From a virus (taxonomy: Duplodnaviria; Caudoviricetes): a stretch of DNA of 64,000 nucleotides. The position numbers and the translations under genes are program-made. The DNA is taken from positions 2,764 to 66,763 of IMG/VR virus record IMGVR_UViG_3300047539_000162; one strand, 5' to 3'. Under the pieces are notes generated by a model. It made no database searches. It was not told where the DNA came from and saw only the letters and a list, made by a program, of their open reading frames with translations. This document shows positions 36,648 through 45,556 of the stretch, piece by piece. Within the stretch, counting starts at the first letter, position 1, and the number at the start of each line of letters is the position of its first letter.

Positions 36648-36829
36648 TGACTGATGAAATTCGCCGCAAGCCTGTGATCTACACCGCCGCTGAAATCACG
36701 GTCATGGTTGTGAAGTTTCAAGCGATCATCAAACCGGAAGTCAAGTATTTCCGAGCAGGTCAGTTGAACGTGCCATACCGACCTGACACAGGTCCTGTCG
36801 TAGACGATGAATGGAATGGAACCCGATGA
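36647..36829 (+). CDS. Small hypothetical protein
   Basis: 60 aa, stop/start overlaps on both sides. Confidence 0.6.
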   Translation: MTDEIRRKPVIYTAAEITVMVVKFQAIIKPEVKYFRAGQLNVPYRPDTGPVVDDEWNGTR

Positions 36830-37653
36830 GTCCGAGCAGCCCAGGTTCGCTCTGCCTCGATTGTCAGCGCCGAGCATTACCCGGCACGAGGTATTGCCAA
36901 GATCATCAGGTCAACAACCAAGCAAGAGAGAAACGTCATCTCTATGATGCCTTCGGTAGAGACGAAGAACTTCGACCGTTGTATCGTTGCAAGCGATGGT
37001 TCGCTACTCGTGAGCGAGTTCTGCGTAGAGACATACTGTGTCGGATGTGTGGTCATAAGGCATCAACGGAATGCGATCATGTCTTGCTTGCGAAACTTGT
37101 GTACGACAACTTTGGATTAGATGAGTTCTACAACATCGATAGACTACAAGGACTGTGTCACGATTGCCACTCGATGAAGACTGCTCATGAGTCAGGTTGG
37201 GCAGGAAGCAAAGGCACACGCATCGAAGTGCTAACTAATCGTAGCAACACGACGATTGTTGTTGGGCAAGCATGTAGTGGTAAGAGCACATATGTACAGC
37301 AGCACAAAGCAGAGCAGGATGTTTGGTGGGATTACGACGAGGTGATGGCACGCATCACTGGATTGCCGTTACACCAAGGACTGCAAGGTGCAATTGGTTC
37401 AGTGTTGGCTGATAGAGACAGCTTCGTGATGGGGACAGCGACCTGTGAGCATCACGTTTGGATCATAGTGGCGAACCCCCAGGCACACATCGTCAAGCTG
37501 CTGAGCGAGGCGGGAGCTTCGGTGGTGACCATGCAGACGCCTGACGACGAGTGCCAGCGACGACTGATAGAACGAAGGAAGCAAGAAGCACGGTTGACGT
37601 TGTCAGGTCCGCACTTCTATATGGACGAGGTTAACAAAGCAGCAACTAAATAA
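36826..37653 (+). CDS. HNH endonuclease fused to a P-loop NTPase (packaging-associated)
   Basis: CRMCG...CDHV...LQGLCHDCHSMKT followed by Walker A GQACSGKST; sits before terS. Confidence 0.85.
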   Translation: MSPSSPGSLCLDCQRRALPGTRYCQDHQVNNQAREKRHLYDAFGRDEELRPLYRCKRWFATRERVLRRDILCRMCGHKASTECDHVLLAKLVYDNFGLDEFYNIDRLQGLCHDCHSMKTAHESGWAGSKGTRIEVLTNRSNTTIVVGQACSGKSTYVQQHKAEQDVWWDYDEVMARITGLPLHQGLQGAIGSVLADRDSFVMGTATCEHHVWIIVANPQAHIVKLLSEAGASVVTMQTPDDECQRRLIERRKQEARLTLSGPHFYMDEVNKAATK

Positions 37654-37807
37654 CCCCTAGTTAAGCCCGTACCGGGCGGTGGGCGTGTAGGGGCAGTACC
37701 TGGTGTACCCGTACCCCCACATGATCTTAAAACAGCAGTTGTTCGCAGCCCGGTGCCGCACATTTTTACGCGTATGGCCCTATCAGAATTTGAAAAAGGC
37801 TCAAAAT
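37654..37807 (+). other. Probable cos region
   Basis: Non-coding gap between HNH and terS with G/C tracts and cacatttttacgcg; position typical of HK97-like phages. Confidence 0.45.
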
Positions 37808-38224
37808 ATGCCTACACCTCGCACACCAACCGCACTTTTGGAAGCGAAAGGAAGTTTTGTAGAGCACCCTGCGCGTGCGCGTCCTAGTGAACCTACAAAC
37901 ACTCACCCGTTAGGCAGTCCCTCCCCGCAACTATCATTTGTTGAAAAACGAGTCTGGCGTGACATGGTCAAACGGGCATGCCCCGGAGTGCTGTTTGAGT
38001 CGGACCGTGATCACTTTGAATTATGCGTCAGGCTCTGTACGAAAATGCGGTACAACTTTGACAAAATGAACGCGGCTGAAATGAGTCAGTTCATTTCCCT
38101 AGGCAGTCGCTTCGCTATGACACCGGCGGATAGGTCACGCGTGACCGTCGCCGCTGCGCCGAAGTCAAACCTTCAAAGTTTCCTAGCGCAAAAGCCTAAA
38201 CCGCAACTCGTAGTGAATTCATGA
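37808..38224 (+). CDS. terS: Terminase small subunit (P27-like)
   Basis: P.PTAL...KG, W, LGSRFAMTPADRSRV. Confidence 0.85.
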   Translation: MPTPRTPTALLEAKGSFVEHPARARPSEPTNTHPLGSPSPQLSFVEKRVWRDMVKRACPGVLFESDRDHFELCVRLCTKMRYNFDKMNAAEMSQFISLGSRFAMTPADRSRVTVAAAPKSNLQSFLAQKPKPQLVVNS

Positions 38225-38399
38225 AACCGGTGAAACCCCATCCCGCCTCATACGCCTCCTGACCTTCCCCAGCCTGATGATTTGATTTCCTAACCCCTCT
38301 TCAGAAGCCATGTTTCCGCTCCATTGAGTCGGTAACACGGTCATGTGCCATTCCCGCTCCGCTGAGCGACTTTGGGCAACTTCAAAAAGAGGTCCTATC

Positions 38400-39625
38400 A
38401 TGGACGCCAAATCTTTGAACCTTCGCAAGAAGGAGATTCTTAACGCTCAGCAGGATCTGCTCACAAAGGCATCTGCTGAAAAGATGGTCAGTTCACGGCG
38501 TGCCGAAGACGAAATGTTCAGCTAACTGGACGAAGGAACTGGACTCAATCAACGCCAACCTGACTCGCGTCGCAGCCGTTGACAAGGGACTGCTCGAAGT
38601 GGCTCAGCCCACCAACCAGTTCGTGGTCCCGGAGTTCAAGGGTGCCACCGAGAAGTTCGCGAACTGCACCTCCGAGTACGCCACTGCTTTCTGGAATGCG
38701 TTCAAGTCTCGCGACTTCCGCAACGCGGCACTGGCAGAGGGCGGCACAGCGGCAGACGGATCCTATCTGGTGCCCAGCCAGACTGATCCCAGCATTCCCG
38801 CGATGGCTGTCATCGAAGCATCCGCCCGCAAGCTGTCCCGCGTCATCACCACCTCGATGGACATCAAGTTGCCATTTCAGAGTGCGAAGAGCGTTGCCAC
38901 GGCCAAGGCGGAGTCCACCAACTCCGGCACCACTGCTTTTGGAGTTTCGGTTCCTCAGTTCAACACCACGACTCTGTCGGCGTTTATGGCTGGCAACAGT
39001 GTGGCAATTAGCTGGGAACTGATGCAGGATGTCCGCGCACTGTCTCAGTTCGTAACTGCCGAACTTCAGCGGGCTGTCTTCAACTATGAAGAGGGTCAGT
39101 TTATTGGCTCGGCAGCCCTTGGCACTGGCACAGGAATGCCTCTCGGCTACTTGAACGGAGCAACCGTTCAGACGACCGCTGCCCTGACCATCAGCACCGT
39201 CCTTGATCTGGTTGCCGCACTGAAGGCCGCATACTACCCCGGTGCCAGCTTTCCTCATCAACCGTGGGGAATTCCACAGGATTTACAAGGCGCAGATTGC
39301 CGCATCGCAGTTCCAGCAGTACATCACCTACGATGCGAACGGTCAGGCGCGTATGCTCGGCTTCCCTGTGTCCTTCTCCAGCGCAATGCCCATGTATGTT
39401 CCCGCCGTCGTCAGCCCTGTAGTTGCCGCCGTTCCTGGCGCGGTCCTGTTCGGCGATTTCGCGGCCGGCTGGGTGATCGGAGACCGTGGCGACTCCAACA
39501 TTTATGTCAAGGTGTTGGATCAGGTTGCTGCGCTCAATGGTCAAACTGTTGTTTTGGGCTACAGAAGGACCGACCAGCGTTGCACTTTGCAGGAATCGGT
39601 ACAACTGCTCACCACCAACGCTTAA
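38400..39625 (+). CDS. HK97-fold major capsid protein, with two net +1 indels (about 38520 and 39250)
   Basis: Coiled-coil delta domain, DGSYLVP, ISWELMQD, GTG..MPLG, LGFPV, GDF..G..IGDR. Removing two bases gives 407 aa. Confidence 0.9.
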
Positions 39626-39653
39626 CCAACCGCAGCAGTGTGCTGCTCACGAT

Positions 39654-39683
39654 GCCTCAGCCCTTCACCGGGTTGAGGCTTTC
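39654..39683 (+). terminator. Terminator after the capsid gene
   Basis: gcctcagccc-ttcacc-gggttgaggc followed by tttc. Confidence 0.7.
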
Positions 39684-39726
39684 GTGTGTTTGCTAATGAT
39701 TCTAAGTATTGTGACTGCAAGGTAGT

Positions 39727-41490
39727 ATGGCCACTATTGAACTTAACGGAGTTATCGGTGTTCCTCCACTGAGTTATTCAGCCGAAGAATATATTGCTGG
39801 AGTACTGGACGGATCAATCATTGTCGGTCCCTGGATCACGAAAGCCATACAGAGACATGTTAGAGATCTAAAACGCAAAGACATCCGTTTCGATTCAGCA
39901 GCCGGTCAGTATGTCATAGATTTCTGTGAACGATTCTGTATCCCATCCGCACAAACGGAACCAATCGTCCTGATGCCATGGCAGAAGGCTGTGTTGTACA
40001 TACTCTATGGTTGGAAGAGGTTAGATGGGACACGTCGATTTCGCAGGCTCTACCTTGAGATAGCCAAAAAGAATGGGAAGACAGGACTTGCTGCTGCTCT
40101 TGCACTGTACCATCTAATCGCTGACGGGGAACTAAGTGGTCGTGTGTACTGCGCGGCCACTGCTCAAAAGCAGGCTCGTGAAGTATTCAACGAGTCAGTC
40201 GCGATGCGCGACAAGAGCACTGAGTTATCTACAGCCATTCATAAGTATGGCAACTCTCCAGTTCTATCCTTGTTTTCACCCGAGACCAATTCCCGACTGA
40301 CGCCACTCGCTCGTGGTGCGGATACTTCAGACGGAGCAATTGTCTCCGCTGCCATCCTCGATGAACTCCATCGGTGGAAGCTGACCGAGAACCTGTGGTC
40401 AATTCTCAGGTACGGCGGTGATACACGCAAGCAGCCCATGTTGATCTGTATCACTACGGCAGGAGCCAGCGCGAACAAGTCCACGCTGTGTTGGGGTGAG
40501 CACGAATACTGCACTCGCATTCTTGATGGGATGATTTCCGATGACGAGGTTGCGGCCTTCATCTTCTGCCTTGATCCAAAGGATGACTATCGCATAGAAC
40601 GCAACTGGGTAAAGCCAAATCCCTCTCTTGGGGCAATCCTTCCTCTCACTGCTCTTAAAAATCAGTTCTCGGAGAGCCAGGGTAAGCCAACGGCTCTTGG
40701 TGAATTCAAAAGATTCCGCCAGAACATCTGGACTGACGAAGCAGCTGATCCCGCAATAGAGATCGCGACTTGGGATGAGTGTTGCACAGAGGACATAGAG
40801 AAGCATCCCGATTCCAGACGCCTTCGCAAAGAGGCTATCGAGCAACTGAAGGGCAAGCTGTGCTTTGCCGGAGTCGATCTTGCACCCAAGATTGACACGT
40901 CTGCACTTGTACTCGTGTTCCCTCCGCTCACGTCGGAAGAGAAATGGCGTGTACTTGAATATTTCTGGGTTCCAGCAGACAACATCATCGACCGTGTAAA
41001 GCGTGATCATGTCCCATACGACACTTGGGCGAAGGATGGTTTCTTAGAGCCTACACCGGGCAACATGACCGATGTCCGGTACATAGCTGAACAGATTACA
41101 GAAATCAACAAGTTATACGACTTGCGAGAAATCGCATTTGATGACGCATGGAGTTCTGAACTCGTTAGGATGCTTGGCGAGTCAGGATTCCCGATGCAGA
41201 AGTTCATCTCGCATCCCCAGACTCCTCAAAAGATGAATCCTCCCTGCCTTGAATTAATGCGCAAGATTGAGCGCCATGAACTCTCTCAAACCAATAACCC
41301 CGTCATGCGTTGGCAGATGAGCAATCTGCGCTGGGCCACTCAGGTTGGTACAGGGTTTATCAAACCAGCCCGAGACAGGAAGAGGGAAAAGATTGACGGT
41401 TGCGCCTCACTCCTGATGGCTATCTCCCGAGCCATCGATCCCGAGAACATGATCAAGCCCAAGCGCAAGTTCTTCATGGTGCAATCATGA
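39727..41490 (+). CDS. terL: Terminase large subunit
   Basis: EIAKKNGKT (Walker A), ILDELH (Walker B), ITTAG, GVDLA...D, KIDG. Confidence 0.97.
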   Translation: MATIELNGVIGVPPLSYSAEEYIAGVLDGSIIVGPWITKAIQRHVRDLKRKDIRFDSAAGQYVIDFCERFCIPSAQTEPIVLMPWQKAVLYILYGWKRLDGTRRFRRLYLEIAKKNGKTGLAAALALYHLIADGELSGRVYCAATAQKQAREVFNESVAMRDKSTELSTAIHKYGNSPVLSLFSPETNSRLTPLARGADTSDGAIVSAAILDELHRWKLTENLWSILRYGGDTRKQPMLICITTAGASANKSTLCWGEHEYCTRILDGMISDDEVAAFIFCLDPKDDYRIERNWVKPNPSLGAILPLTALKNQFSESQGKPTALGEFKRFRQNIWTDEAADPAIEIATWDECCTEDIEKHPDSRRLRKEAIEQLKGKLCFAGVDLAPKIDTSALVLVFPPLTSEEKWRVLEYFWVPADNIIDRVKRDHVPYDTWAKDGFLEPTPGNMTDVRYIAEQITEINKLYDLREIAFDDAWSSELVRMLGESGFPMQKFISHPQTPQKMNPPCLELMRKIERHELSQTNNPVMRWQMSNLRWATQVGTGFIKPARDRKREKIDGCASLLMAISRAIDPENMIKPKRKFFMVQS

Positions 41491-41807
41491 CAATCGTTGA
41501 AGAGGTGGTTGTCTATACGAAGAAACATCCGGATGTACTACAGCGCGAAATCGCTGTTCATTTCTCGCTCACGCAGAGTCGTGTAAGTCGGATTATCTGT
41601 AGTGCCGGGTTGTCGAAGCCCTACAGATCCGGTAGACCGATCAAACGTCAGTCCGGGCAAACTGACGATCAATTTTACTGGGAGAATGTCCTTCACGCGG
41701 CTGGGTTGGGGATGGATCGCGCGATGAGACTTGGTGGGAATCGTATTCAGTACGGGTACGATCCTATGCTCTCGAAGCCGGAGGACCGTTCCATAACCCT
41801 TCAGTAG
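41487..41807 (+). CDS. Small HTH protein between terL and portal
   Basis: LQREIAVHFSLTQSRVSRII HTH-like motif. Confidence 0.65.
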   Translation: MTIVEEVVVYTKKHPDVLQREIAVHFSLTQSRVSRIICSAGLSKPYRSGRPIKRQSGQTDDQFYWENVLHAAGLGMDRAMRLGGNRIQYGYDPMLSKPEDRSITLQ

Positions 41808-41867
41808 AGGAGTCCATTGACTCTTGCTCACACAGCCAGCATGTAGCCCACAGGCAACAGAGGCGCA

Positions 41868-43457
41868 ATGAACCTGTTCTCTAGAATAAACTCACGTATC
41901 CGGTACGCCTTCCGTAACGAAGGCGAGAGCACTCTTGCTGCGCCGAGTGGTGATCTCCTTCAGGCCCTAGTCGGCTTCCCTGCATCCTCCGGAAAAGCTG
42001 TCACCCGTGCAACCGCCGTCCGTGTTGCGACATTCCTTTCTGGTGTGCGAGTGCTGGCAAATGACATTGCCAAGATGCCTCTAATTCTTCGCAAGACTTC
42101 TGTTGTCGGTGAACGTCAGCGAACTTCTCATGCGATCAGCGATCCTCTCTATCCTCTCCTTCGCTTCTGCCCCAATAGTTTTCAGACAAGCTATCAGATG
42201 CGCTGGTTCCTGGCGTCACAGTTGATCATGAACAGCAACTGCTACTGCCAGAAAATCCTTGACCAAGCCGGTGAAATTCTAGCCCTGATCCCCCTGCAAG
42301 CATGGAACATGGCACCACACTGGGATCGCCAGACCAATCCTCCTACTCTGCTGTGGAGATACTCCGACGGTCAGGGCAACATCCGGGAATTCAAGCAGGA
42401 AGAGATCTGGCATGTGTCGGCTCTAAATATGGAAGGATTTGGACTTGAAGGCAGCAGCATTATCATGCTGGCGAAGGAAGCAATCAGCCTCCTGATCGCC
42501 GCCGAAGAGACCGCTGGTCGCACATTTTCGAATGGCTTAGGAATGTCTGGCTTCTTGACGTCTGTAAGTCCTGACACTGCCCCCGATGAGATCCAAGCAC
42601 AGAACACTATCGACCGGCTCCGGAAGGACTTCTCTGGATCACAGAATGCCGGAAAGTTCACTTACATTCCGGACATGAAGTTCGAAAAAATGACCTTCAC
42701 AGCGAAGGATTCTCAATTGCTGGAGTCTCGCAAATGGGACGCCCAAGAGATTATCCGCGTGCTAGGAGGAGCGCCGCTGTTGGTCAAACTCGGACTGGGT
42801 GAGCAGAATTCTACCTATGCGAGCAGCACGGCTTTCCTCGACGAATATTTCAACACGTGCTTGCTTCCGTACACGACAGCCATAGAGCAGAGCATTACTC
42901 GCGATCTTATCCCGAAGAAACAGTGGGCCTCACTGTATGCCAAGCACGATGCGGATGTGATCCTGCGCGGGTCTCCAAAAGAACGGGCGGAGACAAACCA
43001 AGTCCTGATCAACAGCTACCAGTTGACGCCGAACGAAGCCAGGGCGATTGAAGATCGCGATTCCATTGACGGCGGAGACTTCCTCACTGGTCCGGCGAAC
43101 GGAGCCATCTTCGATCCAGTGCTAAAGGAATTCTTCATCCCTGGCCAGAAGCCTCCAGCGCCTGATGGTGAAGAGCCTCCAGCAGCGGTCAAGAAGCCAG
43201 TTACTCCTCCAGAAGATGGTGACGTGGCAGGTGGTAGTGATGCGAGCAACTTTGCCACACGACTTTCAGCGATTACCAATTCGCTTGTTGATCGTATTCA
43301 GCGAAAGGCAGCAAAGGCTGACCTTACAGCACAGTTTGTTTCCGAGGTTCTGGTTTGCTCGATTGACGCAGCACAGAGGTATGTCAACACCTACAAGACA
43401 CTTGCCCCAGAGGAGCAACAGAAAGCGTTGATCGCTTTGGCAAAGGGAGAAGAATAA
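41868..43457 (+). CDS. HK97-family portal protein
   Basis: V.VLANDIAKMPL, PN..QT, F.NG....G.L, DSQLLE.RK....EI.R, LTPNEAR..ED. Confidence 0.95.
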   Translation: MNLFSRINSRIRYAFRNEGESTLAAPSGDLLQALVGFPASSGKAVTRATAVRVATFLSGVRVLANDIAKMPLILRKTSVVGERQRTSHAISDPLYPLLRFCPNSFQTSYQMRWFLASQLIMNSNCYCQKILDQAGEILALIPLQAWNMAPHWDRQTNPPTLLWRYSDGQGNIREFKQEEIWHVSALNMEGFGLEGSSIIMLAKEAISLLIAAEETAGRTFSNGLGMSGFLTSVSPDTAPDEIQAQNTIDRLRKDFSGSQNAGKFTYIPDMKFEKMTFTAKDSQLLESRKWDAQEIIRVLGGAPLLVKLGLGEQNSTYASSTAFLDEYFNTCLLPYTTAIEQSITRDLIPKKQWASLYAKHDADVILRGSPKERAETNQVLINSYQLTPNEARAIEDRDSIDGGDFLTGPANGAIFDPVLKEFFIPGQKPPAPDGEEPPAAVKKPVTPPEDGDVAGGSDASNFATRLSAITNSLVDRIQRKAAKADLTAQFVSEVLVCSIDAAQRYVNTYKTLAPEEQQKALIALAKGEE

Positions 43458-44404
43458 TGGACCCACTCAAGCAGGAAAAGAAGCCAATCGCGTTCAAGGC
43501 GCAGGTCGATGACGACAAGACGCTGAGCATTGATATGTTCGATGCCATTGGCCAAACCATGTTTGGAGATGGCATCACGGCAGAATCTGTCAAAAATGCG
43601 ATGGATCAGGCAGGCGACTTCTCCTCGATCACGATGAATGTGTCGAGTCCCGGTGGAGATCTGTTTCAAGGTGTGAGCATCCGTAATCTCCTCAAGCAGT
43701 GTGGCAGGCCGGTCAACATCAACGTGGTAGGCATGTGCGCCTCCGCCGCCTCTCTGGTGGCCACCGCTGGGAAGGTGACCATGGCTCCGGGCACCTGCTA
43801 CATGCTTCATGAGGCGCAAGGAATGTCCATGGGTGATGCTGACACGATGCGCAAGATGGCTGACACGCTGGATACGGTGACCAGTTCCGCGAGTGCTCTG
43901 TACACAGAGAAGACCGGCAAGTCCAAGAAAGACATTCTGGCTCTTATGAAGGCAGAGACATGGATGACGCCGGAACAAGCAGTCAAGGACGGTTTCGCAG
44001 ACTGTATCGGAGGAAAGAAGATGCAGGTCACGAACTCCTTCGACCTTTCGCTATTCCGCAACATTCCGGAAGAGTTTAAGAATCAGGAAAAGACAAAAGA
44101 GGTGGATGGCGAACACCTCACTGCTGGGGATTTCTGCTACGTGGGGAATCCTGACGACACCAGCACTTGGTCCCTTCCTTGGAAGTTCAGCACGGCTGAA
44201 AAAACAAAGAGCCACCTCAGGGATGCCTTGGCTAGATTTGACCAGGATGAAGTGATTCCTCCTGCTCACCGCGACGAGGTGTACGCAAAGTTGCTGCGGC
44301 TCTGCAAGGAGCATGGAATTGAGGTCAGCCGTCGCGGCAACGCGAAGAATGAATCGTCATTCGACATTTACGCTCACCAACTCGAAATCAACAAACGGAA
44401 GTAG
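43457..44404 (+). CDS. ClpP-type prohead protease with a C-terminal extension
   Basis: SSPGGDLFQG, CASAAS, MLH, ETWMT..QAV..GFAD; about 100 aa extra domain. Confidence 0.93.
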   Translation: MDPLKQEKKPIAFKAQVDDDKTLSIDMFDAIGQTMFGDGITAESVKNAMDQAGDFSSITMNVSSPGGDLFQGVSIRNLLKQCGRPVNINVVGMCASAASLVATAGKVTMAPGTCYMLHEAQGMSMGDADTMRKMADTLDTVTSSASALYTEKTGKSKKDILALMKAETWMTPEQAVKDGFADCIGGKKMQVTNSFDLSLFRNIPEEFKNQEKTKEVDGEHLTAGDFCYVGNPDDTSTWSLPWKFSTAEKTKSHLRDALARFDQDEVIPPAHRDEVYAKLLRLCKEHGIEVSRRGNAKNESSFDIYAHQLEINKRK

Positions 44405-44407
44405 CCC

Positions 44408-45100
44408 ATGTATCAGAGAATTCTGACTCCTCGATCAGGACCAATTGTCACGATAACCCAGCTATGTAATTTTGCCAGAGTTGACGTGCCAGAAGCGGGA
44501 AGTGACGATGAGGATACCATCATCACATTCATCGCTGCTGCCACTGACACTGTTGAGATAGCGGCTGCCACAGCGTGTTTCAACGAGCAAATGCTGGAGA
44601 CTTACGACTACTTTCCCGGCCAGCAAGATCCCCGTAACTATCTGTACAGCGAACTGAACTACGCTTTCACAGCGACTCCGTACTGGTGGTATGGATTTCC
44701 TACAAAGGACAGCATCGAGCTTGTACGTCGTCCAGTCCTGGTCCCCAGTATGTCGCCAGTCGCAAACAATGTGACAGTAACCTACAACGACCCAAATGGA
44801 GTACAGCAGACGCTAGACCCGGCAAGCTACACAGCCTTTGCGAACAAAATCACGCTCAATGTTGGGTTTCAGTGGCCTGTAACGGATAGGCGTCAGGACT
44901 GCATTCAAATCACCTACTGGGCTGGATACAGTGAAAACGATCCGATGCAGGTTCCAGCCCAATTAAGAATGGCCATCATGTTTCTTGGTTCTCACTTCTT
45001 GGATAACCGCAGCATCATCGCGGTTGAACCCACTTCTGAGATTGCTGTGACTCTGTCCAAGATGCTACAGAGTTTCAAGAGTTGCCGGATTGCGAGGTAA
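44408..45100 (+). CDS. Head-tail connector (gp6/phiE125 gp8-like)
   Basis: VP.QLRMAI..L.SH..DNR pattern and position. Confidence 0.85.
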   Translation: MYQRILTPRSGPIVTITQLCNFARVDVPEAGSDDEDTIITFIAAATDTVEIAAATACFNEQMLETYDYFPGQQDPRNYLYSELNYAFTATPYWWYGFPTKDSIELVRRPVLVPSMSPVANNVTVTYNDPNGVQQTLDPASYTAFANKITLNVGFQWPVTDRRQDCIQITYWAGYSENDPMQVPAQLRMAIMFLGSHFLDNRSIIAVEPTSEIAVTLSKMLQSFKSCRIAR

Positions 45101-45102
45101 TC

Positions 45103-45552
45103 ATGCTGCCAAAGAGACTCAGCACCGGCATTCGTTACCTGAGCGCATCGCAGTTCAATGTGCCAATCACGATCACCCAACCAAACGCAGGTCAGGCGAC
45201 GGATGGCACCCCACTTCCGGAAACCATTGTTGCGACGACTCATGCCAATGTAGCCAAGTGGCGTGACCGCGAAGTAGACAAGGCTCAAGCACGCAGCGCA
45301 CAAGGGTATTACAAGATAACCATCCGGTATCCCAAGACTTTCTCCATGGACACTGGCATGAACATCCTTGTGCGCAACCAGAGGCATCTCATTGACGGGT
45401 TTTTGGATGAGGATGGTCAGAAGATTCAGTTGAGTATCAGCACCTGGGTTGAAAACGACACGATAGGTACGGGCGTTATCCCCGTTCCTACTCCTACTCC
45501 GAGTAGTGACTTTGCGGAGGAAATAATTGCCTCGATTGTGTTAGGAGAGTAG
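45103..45552 (+). CDS. Head-tail adaptor / head closure protein
   Basis: Position and ITIRY......MNI.......I pattern. Confidence 0.8.
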   Translation: MLPKRLSTGIRYLSASQFNVPITITQPNAGQATDGTPLPETIVATTHANVAKWRDREVDKAQARSAQGYYKITIRYPKTFSMDTGMNILVRNQRHLIDGFLDEDGQKIQLSISTWVENDTIGTGVIPVPTPTPSSDFAEEIIASIVLGE

Positions 45553-45556
45553 CCAC

